From: Welwitschia mirabilis | Lineage: Eukaryota | Assembly (NCBI GenBank): GCA_051453625.1 | Contig: JBOZIK010000001.1 | Coordinates: 17,946,294 to 18,005,645 of the forward strand | Direction: 5' to 3' | DNA: 59,352 nt | Shown here: one piece after another, positions 53,011 to 59,352 of the stretch | How the letters are laid out: each line of letters opens with the position of its first letter | Position numbering within the stretch: the stretch's first letter is position 1 | Notes under the pieces: model-generated | The model's database searches: none | The model's input: only the letters and a program-made list of their open reading frames with translations | Told to the model about the DNA's origin: nothing | Made by a program: the position numbers and the translations under genes

Positions 53011-56000
53011 TAAGTGTAAAACCTCCACTCTTCAATGGAATGAATTATGCCTATTAGAATATGAGGATGTGGGTTTAGTTATAGTCTCTTAAGTTTGAGG
53101 TATGATAGACAATCAAAGATGACTCCATGACTTCTAAAGAGACTACCATAAATGTCACTAACCTATGCATTAGTAAGCCCAATGATAGAAATAATTGCTT
53201 TAATGTTGAAAAAGATTTTCATACATTTGATTCTAATACTAATAATGCTCTTTACTATATCCTTTCATAGGAAGAGTTTAATAGAGTTGCTAGTTATAGC
53301 ACTATAAAAGAAGTATGGGATGTTCTTAAAGGTACTTTTAAAAGTACTTCCATAATTAAGCAATCTAAATTATTAGTTTAGGTAAGTTAATTTTAAAATA
53401 TTAGAATGAATGATGGAAAAAGAGCTCATGAGTATGTTACAACATTAAGCAATATCATAAATGCTATTTATAAAATTGTGGAAAATTATTTAAAGAGAAG
53501 ATGATTAAAAAAGTAATTAGATTACTTACTCTAGTATACAAGTCTAAAATCACTACCAAGAAAATGTCAAGAAAGTTTTTCACTATGAAGTTTAAAGAAC
53601 TCCAAATTTGTTTAACTAATTCTAAAATTAACTTAATTAAAGATGGAATTATTAAAGAAAAATCCACATCTCTCAAATATTGTAATAATAAAAAACATGA
53701 CAAAAAAGACATATATTCATGTCTCAAATGATGACAAAAATTCTATAAATGATGTTTATGAAGAACTTGCTATCATTTCTAAGTGGGTTAAATGTATTCT
53801 TTCAAAAAGAGCTAAGACAAGAGAAGATAATCTTAGATCATGTGGACCTCAACATAAAGATAAAGGTATAGACAAATACTCATAATTTCTTGTAAAAGTG
53901 ATGTTTCACACCTAAAATATTAAAATCATGAAGGTTAAAAACATCTTACCATAGAATTTCCAAATGTTAATAGATTACAAGGAAAAAGCTGAGACAGAGA
54001 TTTTAAAATAAATAAAAACTTCTTTTCTAATTAGGATGCAAATGAAGTTGCAACTAATAAGGAGGTCTTGGGCAATGATAAGCAAGTTTCCCATCCTTAT
54101 TTGATGGATGTTATTTATAATACATCTAGCAATGGTCACAAGAACTTTAAAACCTTTAAAAACCAATAAATGCTTAATGAAGAGAAATATAAGTTAATCC
54201 TTCAAGAAAGGTATGATTTAATTTTCAAATAATTTGTTAAATTATATAAATTATGTATCAAAATGAAGAAATTCTCAACAACCATGCACTATATTATGAA
54301 TAAAAAATAACTCTCCTTCCAAGTTAATAACAAGAAAAAATTTGAATCTTAAGATAAAGATTGAAAATATAATAAATGAATTAAAGAAGTTGAAAAAAAA
54401 ATATGGAATGCTAAGTACATAAATGGAATACTTACCTAAGGTAAAATAATGTTAAACATTATGCTTACTAAAGATAGAAGGCCAAATGACAAGAGTGGCT
54501 TAGGTAAAAATGAAGCGTCAATAAGCAAATAACTATTTAAATTAGAAAATTACCTTTTTCAAATAAGAGTGTAATCCAAAGTGTGAACATTTAGCTTATA
54601 CCCATAACATCATTTACTTTAATTTCCATGAAAGAAGGTATTATAAAAACTGTTATCATTTAATTTTTGATGAATTAAAATACACTTATTATGGCCAAAA
54701 GACAAAGAATATATTATATGAATTAGCAAATCTATGTATAATAAATGTAAGAAAAGAATGTATTATAAAGAAATATAATAATTTTCTTCTTACTTATATT
54801 TTCTTGAGCATATAAAGAATCATATCTAAGGATATAAACAGTGATTTCTCTTGGAATATGACTATAGACAAATCAATCTTCACTTCTCTAGTTGACCAAT
54901 ATTATAGTTTTTCTTTATTTAGTAATAACAATAAATCTCTCATTAGAAGAATTAGTACTCTTGAAAATGGAAAAATTCCTGAACTGTAAAATGCATTTAT
55001 TACAACATAGCTTGTTAAGTTAGCTTTATAATTCAAACTATAATGTTTTTTCAAAGAATGGCTACATTGTTAAGGATTGAAATTCTAATAAAGTATTATC
55101 TAATAGACATAGAAAATCATATGTTTATGTTAGCTCCATCAATGATGTTTCTTAAAAATATGTCAAATGTTTTTTGTCATTAATGAAAAGATTTGACATA
55201 GAAAGCTTACATAGATGAACATGAACCTCATATAGACCTTTTCATCTAAACAACTTATAAGAGAATTTCTAAATCTTAAGAAATTTGATGAATAGGTGTG
55301 TCATGCTTGTCATGAAGGGAAGCATACAAAAGTAAGATTTATTAAAAAAAAAAATTTATTATCTACTTCTTACAGTTTAAATATATTACATCTTAATTTG
55401 GTTGATCCATCTCAATCAAAACTCTTTTAAAAAATGATATTATTTTACAATTATTATTAATAATTCTTAATTCACATGGGTGATACTTTTTACTTATAAG
55501 AATAAGGGTTTTGATCATTTCTCTAAGTTTTACATTAAATTACAGAATAACAAGTGTTACCCATCAATGTCATCTAAAGTGATAAAGATGGAGAATTCAA
55601 TAATGAAATATCAAGGAGTTTTGTTAATACCATGAAATATATCATTAATTCTCTACTTTAAGGATACTACAATCAAATGGAGTCATACAGTGTAAAAATA
55701 CAAAAGTAAAGAAGATTTTAAGAACTCTGTTACATGATTAAAAGATAGCATACCATTTTTGAAAAGAATTTATGAACATCCCATGATATGTTTCAAACCA
55801 TGTTCTAGTAATAAAATTTACTATCAAGACTTCCTATGAACTATGATCTGGTAAAATTCCTTATATAAGTTAGTTTAAATTTTTGGTTTAACATTATATA
55901 TTATAAATAATAAATATCAGCTTTTAGAATTTAATGCCAGGCCTAAAAAAAGGTATCTTTCATAGGTATTCTATGGTTAGAAAATCACATAGAGTTTATA

Positions 56001-56859
56001 ATAAACAAACTCTAATCATAGAAGAAACTAAATTTTAAGATTAGTGATCCTTACATGCAAACTTACTTGTATGCAAGATGACAAAGATGATGAACAAAAT
56101 GAACATTACTCTAAAGTGTAAAATCATTAGACTATAATAGTGACATAGGTGTTATTAAAAATTTAAGCATATTAAATCCTCCCAAAATGAGAAAGTTGAA
56201 AAAGGCACACTCTCCTAGCAACATTATTCAAAGCCGTTATAATGATTTCAAAATAAGGAAACCATTTCAAGAATTTTTTGACTGTGCTACATAAATCTCT
56301 ATAATGAAGCCCAAGAGTTTCAAAGATGCTAAAGCTCATGAAAGTTAGATGTTGAAAATGCAAGAAGAACTAACCCAATTCTAGAGATGTAATGTTTAGG
56401 AATTAGTACATGGAACTTCAAACCCTTAAATCATATAGATAAAATGGATCTTTAAAAATAAGATGAATGAGAATGAAAATATTGTTAGACATAAAGTTTG
56501 TCTTATTATCAAATATTACTCTCAATAAAAATGACGTTACATAAAAAAATCTTTACACCTCTTATCAAAATGAAGTCAAGTAGAATATTAATAGAATTTA
56601 CATATCTCAAAGGCTTTATTTTTTGTCAAATGGATGTCTAAAGTATATTCTTAAATGAAGTTATTTAATAATAGGCATATGTTGAATAGACTAAAATTTT
56701 TATTAACTCATATAAAATTGATTATATTTGTAGGTTAAATAAGCCTTTATATAGTCTAAAACAAGAACCTCATACTTAATACAAAAATCTCTATAAACAT
56801 ATCCTTGATAATGCTTTTAAAAGAGGTACATTTATTATAACATTATTTTTTATGGTTAT
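53011..56859 (+). pseudogene. Copia (Sirevirus-like) gag-PR-INT-RT pseudogene, truncated within RT
   Basis: KPPLFNGMNYAY*NMRM (~53019), I*HRKL (~55191), I*SDKDGEF (~55572), QSNGVIQCKN (~55670), KWIFKNKMNENENIVRHK (~56441), QMDV*SIFLN (~56627) and KPLYSLKQEP (~56741). INT precedes RT, the Copia order. Confidence 0.88.
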
Positions 56860-58461
56860 TGTTGCAATGCCAATTTTTAGAAATTAAATGGTGTATTTGG
56901 AGTACTTTTGTAGGACATTTATATAAGTTTAGATGTAAATCTAAATTCTTGGCATATTTGGAGGTATTTAAGGCATATTCTAGTACTTAATGTATTGAAG
57001 GAAGATTAATGATGAAGAATGCTAATTTTTTTAAGTTAGAAAGCTTTGAAAGGATGTTGTCCCCACTATTGTTCCCATAATAGACAAGAGGACAACACTG
57101 TATTAGCCTATTGTAATAGCAACTTGGACTAGAGCTTAGAGCTAGTGAGCACCATTTTCTAAGGAGGTGTCATCCCTATGAAATAAGGGATAACAATACA
57201 TTTGGAGCTAATTATAGGACCCATTGTGAAACCAAAAGCTGATGACGTGTCTGTTGTTATGAGGCCAGTCAGGACGATGAATGTTTTGTATAAATGGGAT
57301 TAAATTATCTTATAATGAGGTCATGTACCCCACTTGGGCTGCTAGGGTTTCTTCTATGACTTCTAAGATTACTATTCTAGTTACTTTAATGTAAAACTAT
57401 AAATACCTCCCTTGTCCTCAGTTCCAATTCATCTTATGTACTTGATGTTTTTATGATAAAAGATTGAAGGATAAGAGGTTCATTCAGTAGCTACAAGGAG
57501 AAGTTACCCTTGGTGTTGAATTGAGTATCCTCCATTGAGGTGCTACTACTTTATTGTGAGCAGATGTAAAAGTATCATAATCAATTTAATTACTCTTTTC
57601 ACTATAATTGTGTTTATGTTCATTATGGTTTAAGTTGATTATAGTTTAGTAACAATTCTATAATTTATTTAGATCATAAGGGCAACCTTTGTTAAGGTTG
57701 ACTTAGATTAGTTTACATTTGAATTATTATTTCATTTCAGTTTTACATTTGCATATTCTATTTGGATATCTCATAGTTCACATTATTTAGGAATAAGTTA
57801 TGAACTTTTCTTAATTAATTTGAATTATAGAGACCTAGTTCTTATGATATAAGAATTAGGATCTAATTAGAATCCATTCCATTTCCATTCTCAACCATTG
57901 CATTTCATTTCCATTTATCTTACATTGCATTTTACATTGTTATTTACTTTCAATTATTTATAGATAAAATATTAAAAATACTTCTTGAAATCAATTCTCT
58001 AACTCTAAGCCTAGTTCCTTCATTGGGATTATAACATTCAGTTTAATTCTCATCTATACTAGAGTGTGTGTTTTGCAAGTATTATGATTTACAGGTTTTG
58101 CTTAAAGGACTTAAAGATTACATAAATTTACACCACATCATACTATCTAGGTTACATAGGGCTAACCTCTATGATAGATTGATTTGGTTATTAAATATAT
58201 TTTACATTTAGATTAGTCTTGCATTTCATTTGCATAGTATGTTTACTTACATTTCTTACTTTGCATGTTATTTTATTCTACTTATAAAGTACATAAATAT
58301 TTCATTTGAAATTAATTTTCTTTCTTCTTGCTTATGCTTTCAATAGATTATGACATTGTGGTTACTCCTATCTATATTACTGTATTGTGTTTTGCAATAT
58401 ATATTTGTAATTGACAAGATTTAATAAGAACATGAAAATTACAAAAATATGCACTGCAATA
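56860..58461 (+). mobile_element. LTR related to family B, interrupting the Copia RT
   Basis: Starts TGTTGCAATGCCAA (compare TGTTGCAAGGCCAA). CTATAAATA at ~57397. CATTGCATTTCATT repeats and GTGTGTTTTGCAA match the reverse complement of ~16255-16460. The end is ambiguous (58140 or 58461). Confidence 0.6.
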
Positions 58462-59352
58462 ATGGATAATGGTTTTGAATATTTAAAATATAGAATCCTA
58501 TTTTGGCATAGATTTGAACATTCCTTTTGATGGTAGATGATATTTTCATTTCAGTGATCATTTAAATTCAATATTGACAATAGACACAAGAAATTTAGAT
58601 AGTATTATAGATGATTCACTAACTCTTATAGCTCAAAATCCTACTTCTATTATTATTTCTCTTATGATATCATTCCAAGAAAGCTAGGTATTTTCATTAG
58701 TAATTATTGTGCTATTACCTTTAATAAGATTATAAGCTTGGGTTTAAGCCAATATTGTAAAGGATCTTAATGTAAAATTCAAGTGTAACTCAAAGAATAC
58801 ATCATCTTCATTTTCTAGAGGATAAATAAAAATTATTTATTTTAATAGATTATAAATGTTAGTTTCTTTTCTTTAAATTGTATTTCATATTGGAAATTTA
58901 GAATGCTTCAAATTTATTTCTAAAGCCCCATATCAAAAACATTATAAACTGTAAAATCTAATAAGATAAAAAACCAGATGATGTATGAAGATGTAAGTAA
59001 AATAATGAGTAAGGCAATAAGAAGCATTTGCACTATTGCTTCTTTGTGTATAAAACAAAAATCATAAATCCCTATAATCAGCTCTACAATACAGTAATAA
59101 AGAATTTAATAAACAAGGGAGTTATTCTTGGAGTATGCATTGGAGTAATAAACAATTTGATGTTTGGATCATATTAATTAATCTTCTTATTTGGTGGACA
59201 TTTGATTATAGATCAAAAGATAATTTTTGACAACATATTCATAATAGCGTAATGTTATTTGTATCATTACCTTTCCAAGTTCTCTATTCTATTTTAGATA
59301 TAAATACTTTTGTATGGGCTAGCTCTATGATCTTAATTAATATATAAATTAA

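Larger units (their letters stand above)
43960..56859 (+). mobile_element. Degenerate Sirevirus/Copia element (5' LTR ~43960-45304, PBS remnant, gag-pol), split by nested insertions
   Basis: LTR-like region with decayed AGACGTCT palindromes (~44115-44590), C-rich CCTAATTTACCCTCTAAG (~45256), CA at 45303-45304 and a PBS-like TGGTAAGAG (~45308). Removing 45379-53005 joins this leader directly to gag. The LTR start is approximate. Confidence 0.65.

Noticed and set aside
58530-58550. GTAGATGATATT (VDDI) as the resumption of the Copia RT after the LTR insertion
   Set aside because: Flanking residues do not fit the QIYVDDIIFG context and no matching TSD (GTTAT) was found.

Overview
AT-rich eukaryotic (plant) genomic DNA with 8 N-gaps, dominated by old, nested, heavily C>T/G>A-decayed LTR retrotransposons: Sirevirus-type Copia, a Tekay/Del chromovirus and Athila-like Gypsy elements. 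One intact host gene is present: a 3-exon, minus-strand chloroplast small J-domain gene of the J8/DJC22 type (26994-27659, 153 aa) with a CpG-rich G-box/I-box promoter. The most unusual observation is a decayed plus-strand unit at ~23500-25680. It has a LINE-type zf-RVT C-terminus, then a second ORF that resembles retroelement accessory ORFs and ends in a frameshifted DnaJ J-domain, then a (TAA)n tail. This is a candidate non-LTR retroelement carrying a co-chaperone domain; its novelty cannot be confirmed without searches. Other notable structure: a ~370-bp-arm fold-back built from LTR ends, and a three-level nest (Sirevirus < Athila < Tekay LTR) with two perfect 5-bp TSDs. No CRISPR, rRNA or tRNA features were seen. 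All alignments and identities were judged by eye, and boundaries marked ~ are approximate.
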